Shown here in pieces: positions 18,042 through 27,616 of a stretch of 64,000 bases of DNA. How positions within the stretch are numbered: the stretch's first letter is position 1; every line of letters begins with the position of its first letter. The position numbers were made by a program, and so were the translations under genes. The stretch covers positions 89,723-153,722 of the forward strand of contig JADJOF010000002.1 of assembly GCA_016713885.1 (NCBI GenBank). Reading direction: 5' to 3'. The notes beneath the pieces are model-generated. The model worked only from the letters and a program-made list of their open reading frames with translations, was not told the origin of the DNA and did no database searches. This stretch comes from Bdellovibrionales bacterium (GTDB taxonomy: Bacteria > Bdellovibrionota > Bdellovibrionia > Bdellovibrionales > JAMPXM01).

Positions 18042-18273
18042 CTACAGCTTGTACTGGCTTGGCAGAGCGCCCAGGGTTTTTTTGAACTGGGTGATGAACT
18101 GGCTTGGGTCTGAAAAGCCGACTTCAAAAAGTGCTTCGGTGAATGACATTTTGTTTCGGACTTTAATCATCGCTTCGAAAAGTCGTAGACGATGACGGTA
18201 GTCGATCGGCGAGAGGCCGTAGGTGCTTTTAAACTCGCGAGTGAGAACTTCTCTAGAGAAGTTGAGATGGGTT
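18042..18273 (-). pseudogene. AraC-family regulator, C-terminal HTH fragment (gene split by an IS insertion)
   Basis: The minus strand reads NFSREVLTREFKSTYGLSPIDYRHRLRLFEAMIKVRNKMSFTEALFEVGFSDPSQFITQFKKTLGALPSQYKL* with the stop at 18042-18044. This is a typical AraC second HTH. Confidence 0.85.
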
Positions 18274-19534
18274 CACTGCTGACCGGCTGATTCATTAAAC
18301 AAAACAAATAGTTGCCAGCCTTCCGCAAGGTTGGTTTGATTTTTTTGCGAAGAAAGATCAACGCCAAGGAAAGGCGGCAACTGTGAAGCAGGATTGCAAA
18401 GAGCGGTCGCTCTTTCAACTGATTGATCGAAAAAAATTCGATCCACTCGTTCAAAAATGGAAAATCGATCGCGGTGTAAGAACTTTTTCGACCTGGGAAA
18501 TGACGCAAGCTCTTTGTCGTGTTTCGTGATGCGACTTGGATCGTTTCGAGAAGTCGAAGCCGCACTGAAAATTCCTGACTCAACTTTCGGCGACGCGCTG
18601 AGAGATCGGCACTTCGGTTTTTTCAAGAACTCTGCGATCTTATTCTCCTCGAGATTCGCGGTCGAACAGAAAGTCGAAAACTCAAAAAGCAATTCGTGAA
18701 ATTCTGGCCATCGACTCTTCCGAAGTTCGAGTCCACGGAAGTCTTTTTGGCGAACCGGGATGGAAACAGAAGTATACCATCGGTCACAAAGCAGCGGCAA
18801 AAATTCACGTCGTTTGGAATGTCGACGGCGAATGGATTGATGATTTCAAGATTACGCCGTGCCGATCTGGCGACTCCCCGGTCAGCTTCCAACTTCTCAT
18901 TTTACCTATGAAAATGTACGTTTTGATCGTGCATACAACGACTTTGGCTTTTGGCAGAAAATCGTCGCCAATGGATCTGACTTCACGACGCGGCTGAAGA
19001 CATCAAAGACGAATCGAGATCTTGAACGAAAGGTTTTGCGCGGGCAAAAAGAAAATCCGGGGTTCTGTACGACGAAGAATATATTTCGACCGCACCCGCG
19101 GCAAAGTTCTCGGCGATAAAACTTCGTCACATTATTTACCGCGACAAGCTGACTCAGAAAGTCTTCCATTTTGTGACGTCGGATCAGAAAGCCAGCGCTA
19201 AAATGATCGCGAACATTTACAAACGTCGGTGGGCAGTCGAACTTTTGTTCCGTTGGATGAAAGGACATCTCGATATTCGTCGGCTGCCGCTAAAAACTCC
19301 GAACGCGATCCATACTCAACTTGCGATCGCAGTTCTTGTTCAACTTCTTTTGCAGCTGAAAAAAGATCATTTCGAAGTTTAAAGGAACTTTGTGGGAACT
19401 TCTGCGCGAGATGCGAACCGCGTTCGCGCGAAAAGTCCTTCAGGATGCGGGCCTCCGGACGGCTGCCGCTGGAGCGCCGCTGCCGGCGAGGATCTCGCGT
19501 TATGATTTCTTAAGAAATAAACCGGTCAGCAGTG
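18274..19534 (+). mobile_element. IS4-family insertion sequence (1261 bp) with a degenerate transposase
   Basis: Terminal inverted repeats CACTGCTGACCGG (18274-18286) and CCGGTCAGCAGTG (19522-19534), extendable to about 21/25. 9-bp direct repeats AGATGGGTT at 18265-18273 and 19535-19543. Transposase pieces sit in at least 3 frames: a DUF4372-like N-terminus (KFDPLVQKWKIDRGVRTFSTWEMTQAL), a DDE part (FDRAYNDFGFWQKI...FTTRLK) and a C-terminus YKRRWAVELLFRWMK (the Y-R-E-K motif). Confidence 0.85.
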
Positions 19535-20103
19535 AGATGGGTTGCCATTTCGCCAATCTTTAAATTCTCACAGAAGTGCTGGTCGATGTAGCGCTTGGCC
19601 TTCTCGGCGACGGATGAAATCTTTTTTTCTTGAACGAGGCGGGTCCCATCTTTGAGTAACGCCATGAGCTCGATGACTTCGGCCTTTGATTTCGGAAGAC
19701 GCGTGGGGCCAGCAAGAAGCACCGGTGTTGAGAAGCTAGATGCGGAAGGAAGAGGATTGGACGACGCCACGAGCTCCCAATTGAGAAGGCATATTTCGGT
19801 GTGCAGCTCGACTATCGTAAAAGGCGGCATGAATAGAGTGGTTGGGCCGGCGAGTGGGATGACTTTGTCGCCAGAGCGAATGGATACAGTGTGGGGCGGA
19901 AGATCGGCCCAGAGAAGCGCCCAATCCGAAGCAAAGGACTCGTGATAGGTTTTTTTCTGATAGGAATGCGACTTTTTTGCGTAGAGGAGATCGTCTTCGA
20001 TGAGTGTGAAGTGTGAGCTATATTGGTCGACTGAGAATGAGCCCTGTCGAGGTGATTTGATGACGTCGAGGTTCATAGCTCCAGCTAAGTAGAAATATGT
20101 CAC
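19535..20103 (-). pseudogene. AraC-family regulator, N-terminal ligand-domain fragment plus the start of the HTH
   Basis: The ORF ends ...SVAEKAKRYIDQHFCENLKIGEMATHL and then runs into the IS (TADRFIS*). Removing the IS and one repeat copy joins it in frame to 18264..18042, giving 792 nt or 263 aa. Confidence 0.85.
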
Positions 20104-20150
20104 AAATCAACATTAATTCACCAGGATGACCAAAGTACTCTTGCAGTTCC

Positions 20151-20936
20151 ATGACGGATGAGTTCAAGGTTCTGCCGCGCAGTCGAATGTTTGATCTCTA
20201 TTCTTTTCTGAACAAAGAGAATCAGCCGGCCTTTAAGGCCGTCGCGGTGCGAGAGATCGACATCACGAAGATAGAAGAGATTCGAAGTCGCACGGCTCAA
20301 GGTGAAAAGCGACCGACATACACGTCTTTTGTTGCAAAGGCTGCGGCTCAGGCATTGATGGAAATTCCGGAAGCGAACCGGGTCGCGATGCGCTCCCTAT
20401 TTTCGTATAGACTGGTTCAGTTTGAAAGGGCTCACGTTTCAATCGCAGTCGAGCGAGATGATGCGGACCGGAATCTGAATGCGGCCTTTATCTATACGAT
20501 CTATGACACCGCTTCCAAAAGTCTTGTTGAGATATCGAAGGAGATCACCGGGCTTGCAACAGTGGCTCTCGATTCTGATGACGTCAGGCTTGAGCGGTGG
20601 CGTAGGATCAAGCTTGGAATTAAAATGGTTCCGCTTTGGCTCATCAAACTTGCGATCCTTTTTCATCGCCATATCCCGTCGCTTTATATTCAGAATCGCG
20701 GCGGAGCTCTGTTGATCTCATCACCGAGTAAGTACGGTGTTGATTTCATTGTGGCTCATTGGCCCTATCCCCTTGGCTTGTCATTTGGTTTTGCAAAGAG
20801 TCGCCCTTGGGTGGAGGGCGATCGTGTCGTCATTCGGAAAACGATGACGATCACGATGGCATTTGATCGACGGATTTTGCCCGGTGGACCGGCCGCGAAG
20901 TTTATGAATCGAATTTGTGAGATTCTCGAGAGCTAG
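20151..20936 (+). CDS. Stand-alone 2-oxoacid dehydrogenase acyltransferase (E2) catalytic-domain-like protein with an altered active-site motif
   Basis: 261 aa. TYTSFVAKAAAQAL... and C-terminal MTITMAFDRRILPGGPAAKFMNRI align to the E2 motif (S)-x-DHR-x-x-DG-a-x-x-a-x-F, but read DRRILPG. There is no lipoyl or PSBD domain. Confidence 0.65.
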   Translation: MTDEFKVLPRSRMFDLYSFLNKENQPAFKAVAVREIDITKIEEIRSRTAQGEKRPTYTSFVAKAAAQALMEIPEANRVAMRSLFSYRLVQFERAHVSIAVERDDADRNLNAAFIYTIYDTASKSLVEISKEITGLATVALDSDDVRLERWRRIKLGIKMVPLWLIKLAILFHRHIPSLYIQNRGGALLISSPSKYGVDFIVAHWPYPLGLSFGFAKSRPWVEGDRVVIRKTMTITMAFDRRILPGGPAAKFMNRICEILES

Positions 20937-21695
20937 TCATCGTCATCATCATCGTCGTCACCCGGACCCTCGTCGTCGCTGTCGCTTGCGCCATCATTTT
21001 CATTTTCGTTCTCTGCCTCACCGAGCTGCAGAGAGAGAGACCAAAGGCGTTGAGCTTTTGCGTCGTTGAGTCGTAGTTTTTGACCAGGTTCACTCCAAAG
21101 GCCGCGATCAGGATCAGAAAGAGAATCGCAATGACCGGACGCGAGCTTTGGATTGCGGGCTCGTTGCCATCTGAGGTTTTCTGCCCGGTCACCATGCTGA
21201 GTGCGATGGGATCTTTGTGCCTGAGCGTGTGAAAGATGACGCCACCGATGTGGGCGACGACGGTGATGACAAAGGCGTTGGCGAAGAGCTCGTGGATCTC
21301 CTCAAAGAACTCCTTGTTGTTTCCCTGTGCCATTTGAATTCCTGTGAATGCCAATCCAAAGGTAAAAAAGAGCATAGCGATGGCGGCCCAGCTGGAAGCG
21401 GATTGTGACCAAGCTCGCGTCTTGTTTTACTCGAGAGAAGCGAGCTGAAGTATTCGATCATTTCTCGCGGACTGAGGCGAAACGACGTGAAGCGTGCGTA
21501 GCGAGTGCCGACGACGCCCCAGATGATGCGGAGTATCGCCGTGAAGGCGAGCATGAGTCCAAGCAGCATGTGATAGGCATAGGTCGGCGAGTCATCGTCG
21601 ATCGTTTTCGCGATGAAGAACGCTGAGACGAAGAGTCCCGCAAAGATCCAGTGGAAAAGTCGAGTGGGAAGGTCGTAGGCCAAGGATTTTCTCAT
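20902..21695 (-). pseudogene. Cytochrome b561 family protein, frameshifted
   Basis: The N-terminal ORF (21189..21695) reads LPTRLFHWIFAGLFVSAFF...YAYHMLLGL...ELGHNP and then becomes nonsense. The other frame continues SSWAAIAMLFFTFGLAFTGI...HELFANAFVITVVAHIGGVIFH...MVTGQK. The break lies near ccgcttccagc (about 21396). Length 794 nt is 3n+2. A third frame may supply an acidic C-terminus ending at 20933. Confidence 0.75.
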
Positions 21696-21883
21696 AATGA
21701 AACCTCACTTTGATGGGTCGCTTCATGTGAAATTATCGGGCTCTTCTCAAATTAATCCATCGGGCGGATGCCCCAGGCCTGTTCATTTGGCTCTATAGGG
21801 CACCTGCCCAATTGTCGACCGCGCTTGAAGGATCGATAAAGAAGCAGTGCAAGACAGGGGTCTTTCACGCAAAAGGAGACAGT

Positions 21884-22156
21884 ATGAGAAAATCAACAAA
21901 GTTCGGTCTGGGTGCGATTCTATTGGCTATGGCGTTTGTGAGTCAGGCGGAAGCCAAGAAGAGCTGTACGGATCAACCGAAAGAGAAGTGGATGAGCGAA
22001 GCCGACTTTAAAAAGATGGTCGAAGGGCAGGGCTATAAGATTAGAAAATTTAAGCAACCGGGCTCGTGCTACGAGATTTATGGCCAGGATAAGGACGGCA
22101 AAGAGGTTGAAATCTACTTTGACCCGACGGATGGCAAGGTCGTGAAATCGAAATAA
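21884..22156 (+). CDS. PepSY domain-containing secreted protein
   Basis: AAAAGGAG RBS. Signal peptide FGLGAILLAMAFVSQAEA. GYKIRKFKQPGSCYEIYGQDKDGKEVEIYFDPTDGKVV is PepSY-like. Divergent from the cytochrome b561 gene. Confidence 0.8.
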   Translation: MRKSTKFGLGAILLAMAFVSQAEAKKSCTDQPKEKWMSEADFKKMVEGQGYKIRKFKQPGSCYEIYGQDKDGKEVEIYFDPTDGKVVKSK

Positions 22157-22177
22157 CGGTTGGATCGCGATCAAGGC

Positions 22178-22206
22178 AACGGCTCGGGTGCACTGAGCCG
22201 TTTTTT
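22178..22206 (+). terminator. Rho-independent terminator
   Basis: AACGGCTC-(9 nt)-GAGCCGTT hairpin followed by TTTTTT. Confidence 0.7.
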
Positions 22207-22272
22207 ATATTCTTGTGCACAGGAGGCCAGTGGTAGGCTGCTTTCGTTGGTGAATAGGACTAGGAGTAAAAC

Positions 22273-22977
22273 GTGAAAACTGTGATGAGGCGCTCGATGG
22301 ATCGTGGTTCGGCCGACCATGGCTGGCTGAAGACACGATATAGTTTTTCGTTTGCAGACTACTACGATCCTGAGCAGATGGGTTTTGGGGTTTTGCGAGT
22401 CATCAACGACGACCGGATTGCAGGCGGTGGTGGGTTTCCGATGCATGCTCATCGAGACATGGAGATTCTGACATATATTATCGAAGGGGCTCTGGAACAC
22501 CGCGACAGCATGGGCAACGCAGGCGTAATTCAGTCAGGCGAGATCCAGCAGATGAGTGCTGGGACCGGCGTTCGGCACTCAGAGTTCAATGCTTCAGGTG
22601 ATACGCCGGTGCATCTGCTGCAGATCTGGATCGTGCCGGACAAGGTGGGCTACCAGCCGAAGTATGATCAGAAGGATTTTTCGGGGCGACTGGCGAATTC
22701 TGAGTTCGTGCTGCTTGCGTCTCGCAGTGGACGTGAGGGATCGGCGGTGATTCATCAGGATGTCGATCTGTTTGCAGTGAGGTCGGCGGCTACTGGACAA
22801 AAGACGCATGCGCTTGGGGCTGGTCGAGGGCTTTGGTTGCAGGTGATTCGCGGCGATGTGACAGGAGCTGGAATCGTCCTTTCGACAGGCGATGGCCTAG
22901 GGCTAGCCGACATCGATTCCGTCGATTTGAGCTGGGGTGCGGGGGCTGAGTTTTTGATTTTTGATCTCGCCGTTTGA
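22273..22977 (+). CDS. Pirin family protein (YhhW-like)
   Basis: RGSADHGWLKTRYSFSFADYYDP...GFPMHAHRDMEILTYIIEGALEHRDSMGN carries the pirin cupin metal-binding motifs. Confidence 0.9.
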   Translation: MKTVMRRSMDRGSADHGWLKTRYSFSFADYYDPEQMGFGVLRVINDDRIAGGGGFPMHAHRDMEILTYIIEGALEHRDSMGNAGVIQSGEIQQMSAGTGVRHSEFNASGDTPVHLLQIWIVPDKVGYQPKYDQKDFSGRLANSEFVLLASRSGREGSAVIHQDVDLFAVRSAATGQKTHALGAGRGLWLQVIRGDVTGAGIVLSTGDGLGLADIDSVDLSWGAGAEFLIFDLAV

Positions 22978-23009
22978 TTGGCGAGGACAATCGTCGTTAG
23001 AGTGTTGGA

Positions 23010-24848
23010 ATGAGCCAACCCAATCTTTTGCAACTTCAAGACGGCATCAAAAAGTTTGGTGCCTGCGTCCTTTTTGATCGCGCGCGCTTTGCGATCAATG
23101 AGGGTGAGCATGTTGGTGTAATAGGTCCAAACGGTGCGGGTAAGACCACGCTGTTTAAGATTCTTGTCGGCCAAGAGTCGCTGGATGGTGGCGATCTTGT
23201 AAAGTCGACAAAGCTCAATATTGGATATCTCGAACAAGAGGCGCGCGAACCGGACGGTGTTTCAGCAGAAGACTACTTGCGTGAGACCAGTCATAAGCCG
23301 GTCTGGGAGCTCAAGCGGTTGGGGCTTGAACTCGGCCTTGAAGAGGCTCACTTTGCAAAGCCATTTAAGGATCTGAGCGGTGGCTATCGGATGCGAATGA
23401 AGCTTCTTTCGCTGATTGGGCGTGAGCCGAATCTAATGCTGCTCGATGAGCCGACCAACTTCCTCGATCTTGAGAGCATCATGGCGCTCGAAAACTATCT
23501 GCAGTCGTATGAGGGCGCGTTTCTTCTGATTTCTCACGATCGCGAATTCTTGCGTCGTACCACTGATCATACGCTTGAAGTTGAGGCGGGTGAGATCACC
23601 AAGTTTCCAGGGCACATCGACGACTACTTTGAACAAAAGGCACTGATGCGCTCCATTCTTGAGGCCCAAGCGGCCAATCAGGAGGCGAAGCGAAGGAGTG
23701 TTCTTGAGTTTGTCGACCGTTTTGGCGCAAAGGCGACAAAGGCTCGGCAGGCCCAAAGCCGGTTGAAGCAGCTTGATAAAATGGAAAAAATCGAGATCAA
23801 GGATCTTCCAGTGCGGGCGAAGATTAAAATTCCATCGCCCATTCACACTGGACGCGAGTCATTGACGTTGCGTGATGCGACTCTCGGCTATGGCGATAAG
23901 GCGATCGTCTCCGGCTGTAACCTGCGGCTTGAGAATGGAAAGCACTTGGGCGTTGTGGGATTTAACGGTGCGGGCAAGTCGACGCTACTGAAATCAATTG
24001 CGAGTCGGATTCCGCTATTGGTGGGGGAGCTAAAGCTCGGGCATCAAGTGAGCCTCTCGTACTATGCCCAGCATGTTTCCGATGATCTTGATTTGAATGA
24101 CACGGTTTTTGAGTCTCTTGAAAAAGCCGCGCATCCCGATGTCGATCGGCAGACGATCTTGAATCTTGCGGGCTCGCTCCTTTTTTCTGGAGAGGCGGTT
24201 GAGAAACGAGTGCGGGTTTTGTCGGGCGGAGAAAAGTCGCGAGTGGCACTCGGACAGATTCTGCTGCGACGAAGTCCGCTTTTGCTGCTCGACGAGCCGA
24301 CGAATCACTTGGATTTTGATACGGTTGAGGCACTAACGGAAGCGCTTCGCGACTATGCTGGAACGGTGATTGTGGTGAGCCATGATCGCAGTTTCATAGG
24401 GCGAGTGGCGACGCAGATTCTTGAGATTCGCGATGGTCGTGCGGAGGTTTATCCGGGTACCTACGATGACTATCTTTGGAGCCTTGAAAAGGGGTCGCTC
24501 AAAGAGCGATTTAGTGGCAGTGAGCCGGCATCAGTGCCAAGCAAGACAAAGGTTGTCGACAAAGCTGTGGAGAATGAGGCAAGGCATGAGCCGCGTGATC
24601 AAACGAAGCGCTATCAGGCAGAGGCCAAAGAGGCGGCCAAGCGGCTGAAAAAACAAGAGGCGCTGCTTGAGGTGGAAACGGCCAGACTTGCGAAGTTGAA
24701 TGCGGATATCATCGGCGCGGCGGGCGTGCGCCTTCAGGAACTATCGGCGGCCATTGATCAGTGCTATCGCGATGTGCAGGCGCTTGAAGGGTCGATCTTG
24801 GAGCTGATGGAAAAACAGGCCGCAGCCGAGGACTATCTTAAAAATTAA
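23010..24848 (+). CDS. ABC-F family ATPase (two ABC domains, C-terminal coiled coil)
   Basis: Walker A GPNGAGKTT and GFNGAGKST. Signature motifs LSGGYRMRMKL and LSGGEKSRVAL. Walker B LLLDEPTN twice. No TM domains. Confidence 0.9.
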   Translation: MSQPNLLQLQDGIKKFGACVLFDRARFAINEGEHVGVIGPNGAGKTTLFKILVGQESLDGGDLVKSTKLNIGYLEQEAREPDGVSAEDYLRETSHKPVWELKRLGLELGLEEAHFAKPFKDLSGGYRMRMKLLSLIGREPNLMLLDEPTNFLDLESIMALENYLQSYEGAFLLISHDREFLRRTTDHTLEVEAGEITKFPGHIDDYFEQKALMRSILEAQAANQEAKRRSVLEFVDRFGAKATKARQAQSRLKQLDKMEKIEIKDLPVRAKIKIPSPIHTGRESLTLRDATLGYGDKAIVSGCNLRLENGKHLGVVGFNGAGKSTLLKSIASRIPLLVGELKLGHQVSLSYYAQHVSDDLDLNDTVFESLEKAAHPDVDRQTILNLAGSLLFSGEAVEKRVRVLSGGEKSRVALGQILLRRSPLLLLDEPTNHLDFDTVEALTEALRDYAGTVIVVSHDRSFIGRVATQILEIRDGRAEVYPGTYDDYLWSLEKGSLKERFSGSEPASVPSKTKVVDKAVENEARHEPRDQTKRYQAEAKEAAKRLKKQEALLEVETARLAKLNADIIGAAGVRLQELSAAIDQCYRDVQALEGSILELMEKQAAAEDYLKN

Positions 24849-24876
24849 AAGGTGCAAGACCGGTCGATCTTGCACC
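24841..24876 (-). terminator. Hairpin terminator between convergent genes, with the T-tract on the minus strand
   Basis: GGTGCAAGA-(8 nt)-TCTTGCACC. On the minus strand the hairpin is followed by TTTTAATTTT. Lies between the ABC-F stop and the CBS gene stop. Confidence 0.6.
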
Positions 24877-24895
24877 TCAGATGAACGAAGCGGCA

Positions 24896-25441
24896 TCAAA
24901 CTCCGCTTGATGAGAGCTGACTGGCGATCGACCCGACCGGACTGACATAGAGACCGGCGATGAGTTTTTTCAGCGCAGGTTCTTTTTCAGTGTCGAGGCG
25001 GCGAATCAGGGCCCACAGGAGATCGTCAGTTGTGATGATACCGACCACTTCTTCGGCCTCGGTGACGAGGAGGCTTGAGATTTTTTGCTCCAGCATCTGC
25101 GTCGCCACAGTGACGAGTGGTGTGTCGTTGCTCACAAAGCGAACCGGTGAGGTCATATAGTCGACGACCCGTTCTCCTGGTGAAAACCGTTCGATCGTGA
25201 ATCGAACTTCTCCATTTTGATCAAATTCAGTGTGGATGGCTCGCTGAAGATCGCGATCTGTCAGAATGCCCACGATACCACCATCGTCATCGACCACCGG
25301 AAGGTGGCGAATCTTTTTTTCGCGCATCTGCTTCCAGGCCGCGATCAACGATTCGGATCCACGAACAGTGACGAGCTTCGGTGTCATGACGTCTTTTGCT
25401 TCTCTTGCGGCAGATTGCATACATCCTCCAGTGATCTTCAA
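24896..25441 (-). CDS. CBS domain pair protein
   Basis: VMTPKLVTV...IRHLPVVDDDGGIVGILTDRDL and MTSPVRFV...ISSLLVTEAEEVVGIITTDDL are two CBS motifs. The start may be the internal MQSAARE. Confidence 0.8.
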   Translation of the reverse strand: MKITGGCMQSAAREAKDVMTPKLVTVRGSESLIAAWKQMREKKIRHLPVVDDDGGIVGILTDRDLQRAIHTEFDQNGEVRFTIERFSPGERVVDYMTSPVRFVSNDTPLVTVATQMLEQKISSLLVTEAEEVVGIITTDDLLWALIRRLDTEKEPALKKLIAGLYVSPVGSIASQLSSSGV

Positions 25442-25451
25442 GTTTTCTACG

Positions 25452-25859
25452 TTAGTGCTTCAGACGGGTTTCCATCAAATGATCGAGCGCTTTCAGCGCG
25501 TCAACCCATGTGAAGATTCCAACGAGCTTGTGATTGTCCACAACCAAGGCACAGCCGAATTTGTGACTCGCCATCTCGGCACAGACTTTATTCAGCGGAG
25601 CGCCTGGCTCAGTGATATAGGGCTCTGGCGAATACGCCTCATCAACTGTGACTTTTTCTGGATCGACATCTTTGAAGCTCTCCACAAGGCGAACGTCGCG
25701 ATCCGTTAAGATGCCGACGAGCTTTCCTCCGTCAAGAACAGGAAGATGACGAACATGCAGCTCAGTCATCATTTTCTCGGCTTTGGCGAGAGACTTGTCT
25801 GCCCCGATAGTGTGGGGAAGGACAGTCATATACTTCTGGATTGTCGGGATGCTCTTCAT
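25452..25859 (-). CDS. CBS domain pair protein
   Basis: GAGGGGG RBS followed by MKSIPTIQKYMT. VRHLPVLDGGKLVGILTDRDV and FGCALVVDNHKLVGIFTWVD are CBS motifs. Confidence 0.8.
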   Translation of the reverse strand: MKSIPTIQKYMTVLPHTIGADKSLAKAEKMMTELHVRHLPVLDGGKLVGILTDRDVRLVESFKDVDPEKVTVDEAYSPEPYITEPGAPLNKVCAEMASHKFGCALVVDNHKLVGIFTWVDALKALDHLMETRLKH

Positions 25860-26077
25860 GAATTTACCCCCTCGAGTTGTCATAAGTTTACGAAGACACA
25901 ACTATGGAGATAGCGAGGACTGTGCCGCAGCTCCTTTGTGCGAGCTGGGTTTAAACGGGGTCTCAGCTGTGTGTATCGATGCGTCAGGGGCGATGTGTCC
26001 CGCAGTCTGTCACGCAACGTGGGGCGATCGGCCCCATGGCTGGTCGTATTGACTCATGGCTAAACCATACCAAGGAG

Positions 26078-27324
26078 CGATGAGTCAGGATCCAGTTTTG
26101 GGCCTCTGACTTCTTTTTATCTCATCGACATGTTCGAAGAATTCCTTGAGCTTCTGGTCGAGTCTTTGTTTGAGGTCGATTGGGTTTCTGGAGTGTACCT
26201 CGGATCCGATTCTGACTTTGTCGGCCTCGGGAACAAGTGAGCAGTCAAGCAGACGCTGAGCTGGTGTTTTGGGTTCATCGTAGTGCTTCTTGATCGATCC
26301 ACCGATTCGCTCTTTGGCTACGAGCTTCATCGATGGCGTGAAGTAGTTCTGGAGCGGACACCAGTACGCTTGATAGATCTCATTCATCATCGGCACAAGC
26401 GATGGATCGTCGAACCTCTCATAGCCGAAAAGCTCGCGGACGTGGGTCCAGTTCTTTTTGCTCGACATGGGCGTTGTCGTTTTTCTTGTAGGCTCGACGC
26501 CTTACGAAGTTGATTGGTGCTGGGCGTTTTGAGAAGTACGAATAGAGAACGTCGTTGATGAATTCAGAACCGTTATCTGAAGCGAAACCAACCAACATGA
26601 ACGGCACTCGAGACTCGATCTTTTTCACGGCGCTTGCGACGCCGGCAGCATCTTTGTCCAGCACGAGCGAAGCTCAGTCCAACCAGAGAACAAATCGACG
26701 ACCGTAAGTGTGTTCGCGTACTCGCCTGCAATCGAATTTCCGCAGTGGGCAACTGTGTCGCCTTCGACAAAACCTGGAACCTTCGTCTCGCCGTCCAAGA
26801 GCTTAAGTGGAATCTTGGTCTTCATTTTTATCGACGGTCTTGTTGTTGAGAGCCCTTTTCCAAGCGACCTTCGATGAAGTTTTTAAAAGTCGATCAATGG
26901 TCGAGGCGCTCATCTGAAGGAGCAACGCCTTTCTTCGGTCGCTTGTTTTATAAAATGGAAGCCACAGTGGCATAGCCGCCTTCATCTTCTTTGAACAGAT
27001 GTAGCTCATAAGCCCCCATAGCGCCTTTAAGTCGCTCAGCGCATCGATGTAGCGCGAAGCAGCCCCGGGCGCTTACGTGCGTCTGGCCCCTTGGCTTTGC
27101 CATTTAAAATTTGAATCGCATGCTTGCGGGACCGATACCCGCAGACCTGGCAAAATTCGTCCAAAATCGCAGACTTTTGTTTTCGCTTTGCATTTTTATA
27201 GCGGTCCCGAATTTCATCGGTGTACGCTCGACGGAACTCGATGGGCATGGTCTTACCTCCGTGTAAGAACTCAGATTTATTGGTCTAAATCCGATCCTAC
27301 TTGGGTTTGAGATCATGACTCATC
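26078..27324 (-). mobile_element. Degenerate IS element carrying an rve-type (DDE integrase-like) transposase
   Basis: Inverted repeats CGATGAGTCAGGATC (26078-26092) and GATCATGACTCATCG (27310-27324) match 14/15 (15/16 if each is extended by one inward base) and bracket the transposase fragments. I could not identify a target duplication. Confidence 0.5.
26085..27248 (-). pseudogene. DDE-type integrase/transposase, broken into at least 5 frame fragments
   Basis: Consecutive overlapping ORFs read: SAILDEFCQVCGYRSRKHAIQILN; WLPFYK...MSASTIDRLLK; PGFVEGDTVAHCGNSIAGEYANTLTVVDLFSGWTE; GFASDNGSEFIN...RRRAYKKNDNAHVEQK; NWTHVRELFGYERFDD... This is the DDE triad context. Confidence 0.75.
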
Positions 27325-27616
27325 GAGGATTTTTCGAGCTCGCGAACTCGCTCGGTTGATTCAAGTTAATCGAACTTTCGCTCGCTCAAATCCAATCCAG
27401 CACTCCTCAATTGAGCACGTGCCGTATAGCGCACGCATTCGGTTCGATTTATCTCGAGTCAATTCGCTGGTCAGCGCGCGAGTGTGCCAATTTGAGGCAC
27501 CGAAAGTTTAAGATTCTGGCCTGGGATCTAGATAAAGCGCGTTTGACGGGCGGCGAGTGCGCTTTGGTCGCGGTCTGAGTCTTGCGAGACAGGTGTCGGT
27601 CACGAAGGAGTGGGCA

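Noticed and set aside
15227-20103. A bounded genomic island with att sites at tRNA-Leu
   Set aside because: No integrase gene was found, and I found no direct repeat of the tRNA 3' end by eye. Only the compositional shift and gene content support acquisition, so I reported it as a finding and not as a delimited element.
26051-26088. Hairpin TGACTCAT-(22 nt)-ATGAGTCA at the left edge of the rve-type IS as an alternative IS terminus or terminator
   Set aside because: Its right arm is already part of the better-supported 15-bp terminal inverted repeat (14/15). There is no T-tract, and nothing distinguishes it from a chance occurrence.
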